DNA of 64,000 nt from Eledone cirrhosa (taxonomy: Eukaryota): positions 365,986,001 through 366,050,000 of the forward strand of contig OZ024740.1 of the NCBI GenBank assembly GCA_964016885.1, in the 5' to 3' direction. This document shows, in pieces, positions 62,594-64,000 of the stretch; the first letter of the stretch is position 1; each line of letters begins with the position of its first letter. The translations under genes and the position numbers were made by a program. A model generated the notes under the pieces. It made no database searches and was not told the DNA's origin. It saw only the letters and a program-made list of their open reading frames with translations.

Positions 62594-62692
62594 AATATAA
62601 ATATATATATATAAATATAAATATATATATATATAAATATAAATATATAAATAAATATAAATATATAAATAAATATATATATATAAATAAAT

Positions 62693-62783
<91 letters not shown>

Positions 62784-62824
62784 AATAAATATATATATAT
62801 AAATAAATATATATATATAAATAA

Positions 62825-62931
<107 letters not shown>

Positions 62932-62935
62932 TATA

Positions 62936-63236
62936 CAAGCTAAAGCATATAGACAATATGCCCCCACCGCAAGGTGGTCGTGGAGGGGCCACGGCAAAAA
63001 AGCACCCAGCCCACACTGTAAAGTGGACGTGTAGGCGCCACGAAAAAGCACCCAGCACTCACTGTAAATGAGGTTGGTGTTAGGAAGGGCATCCAGCTGT
63101 AGAAATCAAGCCAAATCAGTTCCTGTATGAGCAAGGCATGGTCAGCCGACCAGACACTGCCCACAACAGGACAACCCGTCTAACCCATGCTAGCGTGGAA
63201 GAACGGACGTAAAACGGTGATGATGATGATGATGAT
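62936..63236 (+). mobile_element. 3' part of a third RTE-dependent element (SINE body or LINE 3' UTR)
   Basis: Shares the cactgtaaagtggacgtgtagg...ggaagggcatccagctgtagaaatcaagcc module with the CORE-like SINE but has a different tail; (GAT)n end. Confidence 0.75.

Positions 63237-64000
<764 letters not shown>

Overview
AT-rich animal genomic DNA, most likely an octopus (inferred from the repeat landscape, not proven). Three spliceable minus-strand exons of a host gene (36297-36102, 34543-34161, 1612-1038) encode a low-complexity Tyr/Pro/Asp/Asn/Ser-rich region; the rest appears intronic. The window holds a near full-length RTE-clade LINE (family A, 6059-9807) with two truncated sister copies, a second RTE family (B), a CR1-type LINE fragment, tRNA-derived CORE-like and Meta-like SINEs, piggyBac- and pogo-like MITEs and a non-autonomous Helitron. 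From about 41.5 kb to the end it is an impure (TA)n field packed with young retroelements. The main unannotated signal is four unrelated fold-back elements in or beside TA tracts with minimal type I hammerhead motifs: a retrozyme-like tandem whose first unit starts at the predicted cleavage site, a 518-bp palindrome with a hammerhead on each strand, a Penelope-like GIY-YIG C-terminus between 634-bp inverted arms, and a fourth with only half a core. Also notable: a PHD-like finger inside both RTE proteins, a LINE-SINE pair sharing a covarying 3' stem-loop, and apparent capture of a SINE-type module as the family A 3' UTR. The long Y/I/H/M/C ORFs are microsatellite artefacts.
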